64,000 nt of DNA from Ylistrum balloti (taxonomy: Eukaryota), in contig NW_026782116.1 in NCBI RefSeq assembly GCF_031769215.1, forward strand, positions 372,001-436,000, read 5' to 3'. Position 1 is the stretch's first letter, and every line of letters begins with the position of its first letter. This document shows positions 12,401 through 24,711 of the stretch, in pieces. Both the position numbers and the translations under genes were made by a program. The notes below the pieces were generated by a model, which made no database searches, was not told the origin of the DNA, and saw only the letters and a program-made list of their open reading frames with translations.

Positions 12401-15400
12401 TATATGACCTTATGTGACAACAGGAGTAGATAGTGTGTTGTCACCATGAAGTACTTAACACAGAGCCACGATTGTGTGAAGTCTGACATGAAAAAGCATG
12501 AAATAACTGGAAAAATACTTGTCAGAGAGAAAAATCGTTTAAAAAACGTAGTGGTTAATGGTAACGTTAAATCAATTATATAGAATGAAGCCTTCAGAAG
12601 CAGTTTGAATAGTGTATATACAAAAAGGCAAACTACAATAACATGATATTAACAAGGGCTGGAAAGCCTGTATGTGTAAATAATGTGAAAAGTTTTGATA
12701 TAGTATAAGTACGATATATATCTGTGTTGACATTATGGTATACTTTTGACATGTTACTTCCCTATATGTCTGCTTATATATTCCATGGTTATGACCTATA
12801 ACGTCCATCGGCCACTATTATGTAATGCTTACCTTTCGTTTGAGTTTTGATAAACGTTTCCTGACAATCCACCCCCGGAATACTTTCTGTATGAGCAGAC
12901 AGGCGTCACGCCTCCTCTGCTTTTCTAGACGGTATGAATGGTAATGCCTGTTTTTAAGAAATATGTTGAGCATACATTAATTTCGTAAAACACACGCGCT
13001 GATCAATTGAAGAAAGGTACACGGTTGGTTTAACAAAGGTAAATAAAATATTTTTATTTGATCATACTTTGGCTTCTAAAAGCTTTTAGATCCTTAAGAG
13101 ATAAAACAATCCTACGAAGATAATGAAAGTCACTAAATATATGTCTGTACATAGCATGTTACATATAATTAATTGCTAGGTGTCAAGAAATGAATCAATA
13201 TTTACGCGAACAGGTCGGCATGTGGCTTATCGCCATTACGATCTCGTCTTGGGGTAGACTGGTAGTTTTTGTACGTCTTGGTGGTTGTCCGGTCAGTATC
13301 AGATCGCCATGACCTGCAGTAAAGGAAACCACACAAAGTTAATATCTGTTTACCTTTACGACTCAAACAACGAGATGTTGATAACATTGTCTATATTCAT
13401 TTCTATGAAGATGACGTTTACGGCAATAGTGGAAATAGTAAGACCTATACCAATAGTAGCAACCTTTATTCCAGTTGTAGCAATATCACCAAAGAAAATA
13501 TCGATACAAGACAATGCTTACAACAGTGGTATGAAGGCTTATACCACTGGTAGCCATGTTAACACACATGGTATGAAGGCTCATACCACTGGTAGCCATG
13601 TTAACACACATGGTATCAAGGCCTACACCACTAGTAGCCATTTTTATACCATCAGTAGCCATGTTATCACACATGGTATCAAGGCTTACACCACTGGTTG
13701 CCATGTTAACACACGTGGTATCAAGGCTTACACCACTGGTAGCCATGTTAACACACATGGTATCAAGGCTTACACCACTAGTAGCCATGTTTATACCATC
13801 AGTAGCCATGTTATCACACATGGTATCAAGGCTTACACCAATGGTAGCCATGTTAACACACATGGTATCAAGGCTTACACCACTGGTAGCCATGTAAACA
13901 CACATGGTATCAAGGCTTACACCACTGGTAGCCATGTTAACACACATGGTATCAAGGCATGTTAACACACATGGTATCAAGGCTTACACCACTGGTAGCC
14001 ATGTTTATACCATCAGTAGCCATGTTATCACACATGGTATTAAGGCTTACACCACTGGTAGCCATGTTAACACACATTGTATCAAGGCTTACACCACTGG
14101 TAGCCATGTCAACACACATGGTATCAAGGCTTACACCACTGGTAGCAATGTTTATACCATCAGTAGCCATGTTATCACACATGGTATTAAGGCTTACACC
14201 ACTGGTAGCCATGTTAACACACATGGTATTAAGGCTTACACAACTGGTAGCCATATTTATACCATCAGTAGCCATGTTAACACACATGGTATCACGGCTT
14301 ACACAACTGGTAGCCATATTTATACCATCAGTAGCCATGTTATCACACATGGTATCAAGGTTTACACCACTGGTACAATGTTTATACCATGCTAACATTT
14401 ATGCCTTTTTTTACACTTCAGTTTTCCGGTGGTGTATTTTTCTCGTTTTATTTTTACATTGTTCTTTCCGGGAGGTTACTACTACGTCAAACTGATTCGA
14501 TAGTGAATATCTTCAAATCATGGACATTTGAAAAAAATCCAAAACCTTTTAGAAAATAAATTGAACACACATATTTTATATTTTAGGTTGAATTACAAAC
14601 TTAAAATGGTGAAGGTGACATAATGTCCCTTCAAGTTGTACAATTTTATCATTCATTAATTATTAATCGTAATATCATCTCAATGGGAAAGTAAATCAGT
14701 ATATCCAGAGAAAACTAATTTCCACATTCTTATTATTCATAATATGAGAGCTTTGCTTCTCCTCTCAAACAATGAGTCATAGCGTGTGTCATGAATGACA
14801 TTGTATCATGTGTTTGTGAATATATTCATATCTGAATATCGTTTAAGCAAAGAAATGTTTGGGTTTTATATACCAATTAATATGTAAATATAACTTACGA
14901 AAGAACTGGCCCTGTAGATCAAACTTGCTTATAAAATCAAGAAAAAAGAACTGCGATATTGAATCATATAAAGTTATAGATATTCAGGAAATTAATCTAC
15001 CCTTGACAATTCCTGCTGTTAATTGATTTGAGCGAAATGCTCTTGTATCATTAGGATCGTATATCTGCCTGGTACATACCCTGAAATCAATACATTACAT
15101 TAAAAGTTAAATTTCAATCAACGTCCTGCTGTTAAGGCATTTTTAAAATATATGTTATTTAATTACAAAGAACACAATAATGTCCATCCTGTGTAATACG
15201 ATGGAGATTTATCGGTATGTAAATTGTTAACGCATGACATGCCTATGATGTAATTATATTGAAATGTAGTCTCGTGGCTATATATAACAGACAAAGATAA
15301 TACTTTCAAGCCTTATGTTACCGTGTAACTCGCAGGAAATGGAACTCTCCTGAGAGTGGACGTTTTACAAGTTGTTATAAATCGTGCCTGATCCCCTCAC

Positions 15401-18400
15401 TTTGATGTCTGTGGATCAGGTGTATATTTGTTTCAAATTAATGTGAAATAGCTTATATGTCGTGAACACATTGTTACTGTTCTTGCTTTCCCCACACTTT
15501 GACAGTTTGTTGATTTGTGATTTCAAGATTACATTTTGTACCATACAATACTAATGTAACTTCTATGATATACCCAACATTGCACTGTAACTATCATAAC
15601 AATTAAGGCTAAACATAACAGATATATACGTCCATTGGTTTATTGTTATTGAATCAACAGTGAAATAAAAACAATAAAATGTAAATAATGAAGAATGGAG
15701 TGGATTTAACATCAGGATCAAAGAATACAGATTTACGTTTTTACTTCAGATTTCAAGCTGATCATTTTTAGCAAGTTCAGAGAAAATATTGTTTATTATA
15801 TAATACATAAAGTTTCGTCCTTATATATAAATTATGATATATCTTCTTAAAATTTAGAAAAATGATTTGGTTGGCAAGTAAAATGTAAAAGTTTCAGTCA
15901 TTGGTAAAAAATAATCAAGCAAAGTGTTCATTTTATGCAAGAGATGGTACTCTCTATAATAGACCAATAAATAATATTTCCAAAAGTGATGGATCAGACC
16001 TAAACTGTATCGCTGGCCTCCATGAATATTCAGTACCTACATTGCTATCTGGAAAAGTGTTTTAATGTCAACTTAACTGATGATTTTGGAATTAAATAAA
16101 ACAAGGAAATACCAACATGTAGATAAAATCATAATCCAAACTCAATTTCCCATAAAAATAGGGCAAAAGAAAGATTTACGCGGATACTCCTGACAAAAGT
16201 ACCAGAATAATTAGACCAGGTGTTCCGGAAAAGTAAACGTTCTCTGCTTCACCCACGACACCCGCTATGTGAGCTTGGTCAATCCAAGTAAGCAATGCCA
16301 CGTTCCCAAATGAGAATAAGGTATACAACAACGAAACCAACAGGTCTAACGAGTATCCACTATGTCCAGCATTATATTACACAAAGAATTAGAATATTTC
16401 TAGATGAGATCACAATGATAAACGTAAAATTTTTAATTTTTAGCAACCTACATAATTTGAAAACCTGTGATACGGTATTTGGTAACGTATCCTTTGTTTC
16501 GTCCTTAAATATCAGTATACATTACTGTACAACACTTTATTGAGCTGTAATTGATCCTGACTTATTCTTAAGTCAAGTGAGTGATTTTTAACCATTCAAG
16601 TAAAATGAAAGAAAAAATACCATATATTAAACAAATAAATGATAAAATGACATAAGAACAAAACACTCCATTCCCAAAAAAGATGACATCATATTTGTCT
16701 GTTCGATCTCAATAACATCAATGCTACTGAAACACTTTGCGTGCAATTAATGATAAATGTCATTCAAATAAAGATAACATATTTATCCCTGACACCAATC
16801 CGTCGTATATAATGATAAAACAAATAAACTGAACAATTCATTATCAAAATGTATATAACTGAAATATCTGTCATAGATGTATTGTAGCGTTAGACAATGA
16901 CATCTTATCTTTTATCTCTAGTAATATAATATTAATAGATAACTTATACACTAAGGCTTTGTTCTCCATAATAAGCTGCTTTATCTTGTTCAAAGTGCCC
17001 TGCCAACAACAGGTAAATAAATAAATGGTGTATACAGGTTGACATTAATTCCTACATGACACGAAATACAACAATCAATAATATGGCCAAGGGACCATAC
17101 CCGATGAAAAAAAGATATACATTTACTATTCCTGACAAAAGTTGGAAACAGGTTTTTTATATTGTATTGAAATGATGTTGGATGAAATACATAGTAAAAA
17201 TTTCAATGTTTTAGACTAATACAACAGCATAAATGAGGTTTAGGTGGGTATAGACATGCCATTCCTGTTTTAAACTGATATATACGTCGTTTTGAAGTCA
17301 TGTTCGATGAGGGTACATATAATATTTAACTATTTATGAATTATTCATCAACATGAACCGAAAGAATAGGCTGATATATTTACCATTTCTGACATTAATG
17401 ACAAGTACTTCTATTATTATTATTATTTTCAAGTGATGTTTGATGACACTAACAGACCGACTTCAAATATTTCAGAAAATTAAAACTTACAAAAATAAAA
17501 CATTACAAGCAAAGGACTAAATGGTAGAGGAACCGAACTATAACATTTTATCAATCGAGACTTTAGCTGGTTTTCACTATCATAACGCAAGTCATATCAA
17601 CATAGTCTAACAATATTCTGTGCGATATGGAAGTCGAAAGCCTCATTTCGAGAATACACGAAAGAAAGAACCCAATTCAAAAATGATATACAAAAATACG
17701 GTCGGCTAGACTGGAAACTATCGGAGTGAAATACATTCGAACCTCGTTATCTCGAACTCGGCGGGACCATGGAAAAACCTCGAAATAATCGAGTATTCGA
17801 TTCAAGAAAATACGAATGTTTTAGTGTTAGGTATGGACCGACGATATGCTTTGAGTTAGACGGGTCTCCGAGTTACAAGAGCTCGAGATTACGAGGTTCG
17901 ACTTATAAACAGGAGATAATTTCAACATAGAGCATGTTTTAGAGTAAAAGAATGATATCAACAATCCTCGAACATAAGCATCAGACTATTTTATCACAAA
18001 AGGGAAGTTTTGTAAGGCATAATGGAACAGCTAAATCCGAATGAACTAAAAAAAACCATTATACTTCAACGGTACTATTGTTAACCTACATTCTAATAAA
18101 CATATGGTAGCTAAATACTTACATAGAACCCTTGGCATTCGATGAAAGCCTGTGGAAAACGAAGATACATTTGATAATATCGGGATATTTTGCATCGAAA
18201 TTTCATCTCTAGCGATTTTGTAAATGAGGAAGGACAGTGGCACACTGACGAAAATTTGTCAATACAGATCTCTATCTACATATTGCCATCAAATATTATC
18301 AAATTATAAACATATATTTATATAAAAAGTTCAATAATTACATTGCTCATTTTTATAGATGTTTTAATCTTTAACTGCAAAACAAAAACATGTACAAAAG

Positions 18401-21400
18401 CTTACTTTGGTTCACCCCGAGAGACTGACGGCGCGGGAGCTGATGACGTCATTTTGTTGTATAACCAAATGTTAAAGTCATCTTCCCAAAGCCACGTTCC
18501 TAATGGCGGTGTCCGAACTTTGGGCTTGTGTTTATTACTCCTGAAAGAAGAAGCCATCACAACTGGACTAAACTGTGACAATTTAGATTTCTATCCTGAC
18601 CGCGTGTTACAGTAAACTAGTATGAGAATGACGACTTAGCAACAGAGGTTTGATAGATAAGGGACGATGTTCCAATGAAACCTGTATATTGTGTCTTATT
18701 ATTGTATCTTTTTAATACTAAATTATTGAATTATTGTCACCACAGGAAAATGACATCACCCTGTGGGAAATACAATGCCGTAAGTAGCGTAAAGCTAATG
18801 GATCCGTCAATTGTGACCGAGATACACTCTAAATAATATATACCATTGCAATGTATCATCATAACGGTGTCTAGTTATTAGAAAAAGGGAGTTTTATTAT
18901 CAAAGTGAATTGTTTTGATTGACGATAGTTTCCAATTGACAATATAGGAAAAAACATTAATTCTTCTTGAAATCAATTACATTCGACTAGAGTAGTATGG
19001 CTTAGTTAATTATAAATGAATTTCTCCCTTTTCACATAAAACATTCTCGCGTATCATATTTAAGATCTCAAATGAGTTTTTTTTAATTCATATTTGATGA
19101 AAAGAGTGTTGGTATAACTTGGTGTGTAAAGGTCCATAGAGTCAGCCCACCTTATATCTTCTACCCTGATACCATGTGTACATCTCACACAAATACTTGC
19201 TTACCTAAGTTCGTAAACATTTCCGTATTTCGAGTTAGTGACAAACTTCCGGCTTTTTTTCTTTAGGTCCTCCTTGTCAATGTCCTCCGGTAAGTATGCG
19301 TCGTAGAAAAACTCTGAAATATATTAAGTCGTCAGAATGATTAGCTCTACCATTTTGGTCGATATTGAGATATTGATTTGAGTCAACAATACAAGTGCTT
19401 TCGAAATGAATTGATTAACAACAAAACGACAAACGTCTTTTTCATAATGTTTCATCTTCTGGTAGTTACCCCGTTCTGTTCTAAAGCACTTTCGGAAGCT
19501 GTGTTAAAAGTGTAAAAGTATGTTCAATGACAGGACCTGGACATTACTTCGTATAAAAACATTCGTTATTTGCAAATTCGTTTGCGTTTTCAATGTGATT
19601 TGAATGATCTAGTAGCTTAATTTGGGGATTTATTTTTTTTTATTTATTATGAATCGCAAAGATGCAAGGCTAATTTTCAACATCAGATATGTATTGAACG
19701 CTCTAGGAGACTAACAACCCTGACATTTAACACAAACGATAAATCCCTGACTAACAATATTTTAAAATAAATGAACCGGGGTATCTATTGCTACAAAGAT
19801 TTCCTCGACACATCGAGACCTGTTCAACTTATGTTGTGATAATTTCGCTCACTATCCATCCGTAGAAATATGACAACATCGGTAGCCATTTAGGTAAAAA
19901 AATTAATTCAAATCACAATTATTCTAAATACTTACAAGAAATATATGAGAATATCATAATTACTTTTTCAAACACTGAGATATTTACCAGTTCGTGACAC
20001 ATACAAAAAATATGAAAATCTCTATGGTAAATTCCTAAAGATAAAATACGTAATTATTAAAGTCCATTTAATACAAGTTAGGGCTTTTAGGGTGTTGAAT
20101 ACTACGACACATTTGGGAACAATAAAAGCAAACATTTATAATCATTTACACTAAATGTTGAAGCAGACCTGTATACTTAAGTGTAGATTACTGGTTTTCC
20201 ATTTGGAATTACCTTCAATATTGAAGTTTTCCATTCCATAAATAAATCATCAGGTATTGAGTGAACGGGCTTGTTCTACTAGAGCGTATTTCATATTGTT
20301 TGATGTATACTCTATCAAGCAGTACCGTGGAAAACAATATCTTATCGCACATATACCATATAAAACATTAACTCGATGTATAGGTGTGTTGCTGAGCTTG
20401 GGGTTTCTAATTGCAGTTTGCAAATCGATCCAATCAATTTACATACCGCCATTTTAATTTGATGCAAGTTGGAGCATGTACTGATACACCCAAACGGTAC
20501 GCAGGAAAGAGAATACTAAATTTTTACTTGCATGTAATCAAAAGGGGACAAGAAACATGACTATTTCTAAACACGAAAACAGTCATCACTTAGATAAATA
20601 TGATGTAAAAATAGACACATACAAAGCATTTTTGTGGTTAACCGTATTTTGCTTTTGGGGGAACTTTATGATTGAATCTATTACTTGATATAAGATGGGA
20701 TCGATATATCACTAGGTCCTGGCAGTTTTATGTCTTGTCGTAATACGATATCATTAATTTGATTGTTCGCTGGCATGATTTATATTCTAAAGATTACAAT
20801 GATGTATTTTCGACAGTTTGTCTAGTCGAGGTCGTGGTTTTGCCATTGCATACAATTCATATGATATTAATTTTTCATGAATCGAGGACAACAACGACAA
20901 TAAGAACGATAATAATAACGACGACGACGACAACAACAAAACAGGAATTAGTAAATGGAAAAATATGACTACAAAGAGTTCATGTCATCAGTGTCTTTTG
21001 ATATAAGCTTTATTTTGGCGAGAGTAAAGAAAGACAAAAGTAGCGAGCCTCTAGCAAGCCACTTTCATCTATTACATATTATTTGTTTATGTATATTATA
21101 TATGAACATTTAAAAATTGTCTATTGATTTTTCCGGGCTAACGTAGAATAAGTAAAGGGAAACGATTTAGTAGAACATATTAAGTCTGAAGGTTGATGAC
21201 AATTCCTGGCTGTTAGGACTGAGATGGGTTTAACACAGTGTTATCTACATTATCTAGTTCCATCATCGATATATTAAAACTAGTTTTTTTGAAAAAGCAA
21301 ATGTACAGATTAAGTATGTAAAAACCATGGGGACATATACAATACTGTGGATTTTGGGTTATTATGTTATTTAGTATTATCTAATGAAGTTGACAGTAAG

Positions 21401-24400
21401 AAGGTTTGATGGTAATGTTTTGAATAACTGACGTATTGACAAGCATCATGCTTTCTTTCTTTTATCTGTTGTTACAGTGTGACTTTTCATTTGTTCACTG
21501 ACCCATATCACTTCCGCGAAACATGCCGTTATCGTCTAATGATTTGATGATATCAGAGATAACAGATATACTACGTAACACCTCACTATAGCACATGTTA
21601 ACGAGGAAAGCATTTTTTCATGACCTTGACACAGACACCACAGTATAATGAAACACAGGCTGAAGTGCTGTAATACGATGTAATAATATCCATTGTCAGT
21701 CAAATAACAATAACAAGTGATAAGGATACACCATTTTCACAATATTACTAAAACAATTTTGATGAAATATATAATGGTATTTTCCGACATAACTAAATGA
21801 CAGAAATTGGTTTCAAAGCTTACGGTTTCTTGAAATAAAGCATACCTTGTCCAGATGTTCCATTAGATTTATCACAAAGTATATTATCCTGGTATCGAGA
21901 ATCTTGTTTTCGTTTCATCTGTTTCGTCAGAGACGTTATCAGGAGGTTAAACAGCGGTTCCTCACCCATCGTAGTGATGTTTTTGTCGTGTTAGTACAGA
22001 TATAGTCGATCAGCGCATTTATATTAGTTCCCTTACATCATTTCACACTGTTGATAGCTTCAAGTCTTTTCAACAAAGCTATGCATTATTTATCTTCCCT
22101 ACAGGTTATTCATTGTATGTATGTTCAAATGTTTAACAAAGGAATCACAATGGGAACACACTGGTTAAAAATCAGATAGTAAAATAGTCATAATTCCGCC
22201 TGCTGATTGTCAGCTGATGGTTGGCAGTTGTTGGTTGGATGGTTTGTGTTATACTGTAAAGTATATGATGAAATATGCCGAACAACTGTTAGTATGTCAT
22301 GTTGATGTTCTTTTACCAGGAATATTGTTATTGAGGTCATGAAAGACTATTAATGAAGCTAATTAACACTATGATATTACGTATCCAATAATTTCCACCC
22401 ATGCTTCAAACCATCCTCCGCTGTGTGGACGGACACCCAAACCATCCAAAACAGGCAGACAATAACCATTGCCTACTTTGTAATTCCCTTATATGTAACA
22501 CCCTTTGTATAACATTTTAAATGTTTCATCTATTATACATTTATTCTGAGTTTCAAGAATATTAATAAGCATAATTCTGACGAGAAATTCAATCCACGGA
22601 CTTCCAAAACATAATACTAGGGCGAACGTCAATTAACGTGATAATAATGAGAGCGTCAACTAACGTAATAGTGATGTAGGCGTCAAATAACGTGATACTT
22701 GTGTGACCTTAAACTAACCTGATACCTATGTGACCTTAAACTAACGTGATACTTATGTGACCTTAAACTAACCTGATACCTATGTGACCTTAAACTAACG
22801 TGATACTTATGTGACCTTAAACTAACCTGATACCTATGTGACCTTAAACTAACGTGATACTTATGTGACCTTAAACTAACGTGATACTTATGTGACCTTA
22901 AACTAACGTAATACTTATGTGACCTTAAACTAACGTGATACTTATGTGACCTTAAACTAACGTGATATATATGTGACATTAAACTAACGTAATACTTATG
23001 TGACCTTAAACTAACACGATACTTGTGTGACCTTAAACTAACTTGATACCTATGTGACCTTAAACTAACGTGATACTTATGTGACTCTAAACTAACGTGA
23101 TATTTATGTGATCGTTTACTTACGTGATACTGATCTGATCGTTTACTTAAGTGATACTGATGTGAGCGTCAACTAGCGTGATGCTTATGCGTGCACCAAC
23201 TTATGTGATACGAAGCCATCGTCAAATAACCTGATACCATGGTTAGCATCAACTAACGTGATACTTAGTCAAATGTCCATTAACGTGATATATAGAATGG
23301 GAACGTAAACTTGCCTGCTTTTAACGGAAAAGTCAATTATTAAGGGAGCAGCAATGCAAGCGTAGGAATGAGGAACTATGAATTCAATAAGATTTCTACG
23401 TCATTTCAATACCTTCCTTAGAAATTTCCACCAACAGTTTGTTCACAATATCACAATTTTCGAAGTATTCTATTTCTTAATGTGGTGTTATGTATGATGT
23501 GTTTGTTACCCGTTTGTATGCCTGGTGGTTCTATTGTGGGTCCATTTTGGATTGAACAAGTTTTACATGTTTGGGTCATTGGGGAAGCGCAAAGCGATAA
23601 CCCTTCCGGAACACACATAATATTATTCTCCTGGACTTTTTTCAGTGGTTTCCATGTAAGATATTCTTTTGTTTCTTCTTTGCCCTAGTTGAATTGAATT
23701 TTGAGATTGAATTAAGATCAAATTTTCCTCATTGTCCTTGGGAACTGAATTGAGTCGGGCGTTAATTCTATGGCCACTTTTAAACTCAGTACGGACAACT
23801 TGTGGTCAACCGACAGAGGCCTTGGTTTTATAACACACGTAAATTGTATAGTACATTAAAGTACTGCACACTACCATTACAGCTAATAATGTTTGGGTGG
23901 TGATTCTTTTGTCATTCTTTTTTTATCATTTTATAGTTGAACAATATTGGTCTAGTGATGAATTATGTGTTTGATACAATACCTGAGTCGTAGGCCTTGC
24001 TAAGGGACTCAGAGTGGCTTGGCTCCGTCCAAGGTTTCCGTCTGTTGACGCGTTGTTGACGTCGTATCTCGAGCTCTTGATATTTCGCTATCATGTCTTT
24101 GTCACTGCTATTATTGAAAAAGGCAGGCAGACTAAAGGGACGATTGGCCTTCCGGTCAAAATTTACTGATGAACTGACCAAAGCATTCGACGACGAGTCA
24201 GGCGCTTCCGACTGTATTAAAGAGATAAATATATGAAAAATTACTCTGACAGTAAATGTTATATCAATCGAATATGATACATTTTTCATGAATTAAAATT
24301 AATTTTTTTCTTGGATAACCGATACGATGGCAATACTCTCACGTATTGTTTTTTCACATATCTAAAAGTGTAAAAACATCTAATTCAGATAGAAAATGTG

Positions 24401-24711
24401 GGGAAATTAACACAGTTTACCTTTATCAGACGGTTAAAGCGCTTGTTATTATGACGTCTTGGCGTGTCATCATCCAGATCCTGGCCATTATAGAGGGATT
24501 CCATGGAGGCGCCATAGGTAGGTATTCTTGCGTCATATTTTCGTAATATATCAAGACTAGTGTTGGAGCCATTAATGGCATTATTAGAGGTTCGGGGTGT
24601 CCGTCTAGGTTTTCGAGGAGTGATTGTAAATGTCTTGACTTTCTGCTCCTCTACCCAACTTTTCTGATACAAGCAGTGGTTCTGTAGAATATGACGCTGA
24701 ATGCTGTCCAT
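6251..24711 (-). CDS. IQCM: IQCM-like protein with an internal VWA domain (spliced gene model, about 15 coding exons, 761 aa; 579 aa without the VWA exons)
   Basis: Exons 24421-24711, 23983-24211, 19205-19313, 18406-18540, 15001-15080, 13206-13313, 12833-12924, 12157-12304, 11899-12033, 11320-11541, 10783-10853, 10380-10503, 9767-9895, 9283-9462 and 6251-6483 chain with compatible phases and no stops (2286 nt). IQ motif IQKVFRGWIVRK, then EHG..., INLTEIEEFMDQK, TLYPPPG and LDATDIKTCLRVVIQAKLERQ, colinear with my recollection of vertebrate IQCM. Confidence 0.75.
9283..9462 (-). CDS. IQCM: IQCM-like penultimate exon (…GLYKSEVLEVAWTLYPPPG…); boundaries uncertain
   Basis: The WTLYPPPG motif matches recalled IQCM FTLYPPEG. 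Proposed acceptor tttttaag| (phase 1) and donor A|gtacga (phase 1) are both weak. Confidence 0.55.
9767..9895 (-). CDS. VWA domain exon 4 (GVGDGYDKDELEAIAS...LAKKTCL)
   Basis: Typical VWA C-terminus (GVG, EL..IAS, VF.V.DY); phase-1 acceptor; G|gtgagg phase-1 donor. Confidence 0.92.
10380..10503 (-). CDS. VWA domain exon 3 (SARPGVQRIGIVITDGRS...VFSI)
   Basis: IVITDGRS MIDAS-aspartate segment; attcag| phase-0 acceptor; non-canonical G|gcaagt phase-1 donor. Confidence 0.92.
10783..10853 (-). CDS. VWA domain exon 2 (DELEPRSGVTRTDLALKKMSHMML)
   Basis: GxTxTxxAL MIDAS-threonine segment; ttttag| phase-1 acceptor; |gtgagt phase-0 donor. Confidence 0.88.
11320..11541 (-). CDS. VWA domain exon 1 (AEVVFVLDSSSSIG...RVGVIPY)
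   Basis: DxSxS MIDAS motif; ttttgtag| phase-1 acceptor; G|gtatgc phase-1 donor; 222 nt open. Confidence 0.92.
11899..12033 (-). CDS. IQCM: IQCM-like exon (YERAFDE...SFDSVFR), EF-hand-like helices
   Basis: ttgttacag| phase-1 acceptor; G|gtaggt phase-1 donor; 135 nt open. Confidence 0.85.
12157..12304 (-). CDS. IQCM: IQCM-like exon (AVLEHG...EEFMDQKF)
   Basis: gatag| phase-0 acceptor; A|gtaagt phase-1 donor; overlaps ORF 12074-12301. Confidence 0.88.
12833..12924 (-). CDS. IQCM: IQCM-like exon carrying the IQ calmodulin-binding motif
   Basis: KQRRRDACLLIQKVFRGWIVRKRLSKLKRK (IQxxxRGxxxRK); gtctag| phase-1 acceptor; AAG|gtaagc phase-0 donor. Confidence 0.9.
13206..13313 (-). CDS. IQCM: IQCM-like exon (HGDLILTGQPP...MPTCS)
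   Basis: ctttactgcag| phase-1 acceptor; C|gtaaat phase-1 donor; the only frame compatible with both neighbours. Confidence 0.7.
13535..14385. repeat. Minisatellite, 42-bp unit built from 21-bp subunits
   Basis: catgttaacacacatggtatcaaggcttacaccactggtagc interspersed with catgtttataccatcagtagc. Confidence 0.95.
15001..15080 (-). CDS. IQCM: IQCM-like exon (VCTRQIYDPN...AGIVK)
   Basis: gatttcag| phase-2 acceptor; G|gtagat phase-1 donor (weak); bridges the phases of its neighbours exactly. Confidence 0.65.
16110..16420 (-). mobile_element. Penelope-like element 3' end (RT C-terminus plus 3' UTR), intronic copy
   Basis: The reverse complement aligns with 42950-43270 (HCDLI*KY vs RHSDLVEKF, then cttacttggattgaccaag…ccggaacacctgg). 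Confidence 0.65.
17734..17903. mobile_element. MITE with Tc1/mariner (pogo/Tigger)-type TIRs
   Basis: Inverted termini cattcgaacctcgttatctcgaactc … gagctcgagattacgaggttcgact, about 170 bp, flanked by TA. Confidence 0.8.
18406..18540 (-). CDS. IQCM: IQCM-like exon (SNKHKPKVRTPP...RGEP)
   Basis: cttctttcag| phase-2 acceptor; AA|gtaagc phase-2 donor; 135 nt open. Confidence 0.8.
19205..19313 (-). CDS. IQCM: IQCM-like exon (FFYDAYLPED...NVYEL)
   Basis: atttcag| phase-1 acceptor; AG|gtaagc phase-2 donor. Confidence 0.8.
21846..21969 (-). CDS. IQCM: Candidate alternative first coding exon (MGEEPLFNLL...NGTSGQ)
   Basis: ATG preceded by an in-frame TAA; 41 codons plus 1 nt; donor CAAG|gtatgc is phase 1, compatible with the acceptor at 19313. 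Confidence 0.45.
22683..23100. repeat. Minisatellite, 27-bp unit tgtgaccttaaactaacgtgatactta (degenerate flanks about 22620-23280)
   Basis: Direct periodicity; 9-aa period in ORF 22683-22979. Confidence 0.95.
23560..23715 (+). mobile_element. Penelope-like element 3' segment (copy)
   Basis: gaagcgcaaagcgataacccttccggaacac…gccctag…gagattgaatta, similar to the other copies. Confidence 0.55.
23983..24211 (-). CDS. IQCM: IQCM-like exon (SEAPDS...SKAYDS)
   Basis: ttaatacag| phase-0 acceptor; G|gtattg phase-1 donor; open frame, GC higher than flanks. Confidence 0.75.
24421..24711 (-). CDS. IQCM: IQCM-like first coding exon (MDSIQRH...FNRLIK)
   Basis: Acceptor cctgtag immediately before the ATG; phase-0 donor AAG|gtaaac; 97 open codons. 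Candidate donors of an upstream 5' UTR exon lie at about 24983-24992. Confidence 0.7.

Noticed and set aside
13285-14495. 226/164/163/178-aa repetitive ORFs
   Set aside because: A 21/42-bp minisatellite inside an IQCM intron, open in most frames by periodicity.
15321-15387. Exon-like segment ARFITTCKTSTLRRVPFPASYT on the minus strand with a gtaaca donor
   Set aside because: It is only open as phase 0-0 but sits in a phase-2 intron, and the acceptor lies in a hairpin (cctgatcc/ggatcagg) that looks TE-derived.
22380-22470. Signal-peptide-like minus-strand frame MVIVCLFWMVWVSVHTA…
   Set aside because: It ends in a phase-2 donor or stop incompatible with the downstream phase-1 acceptor, so it cannot supply a leader to the VWA-containing protein.
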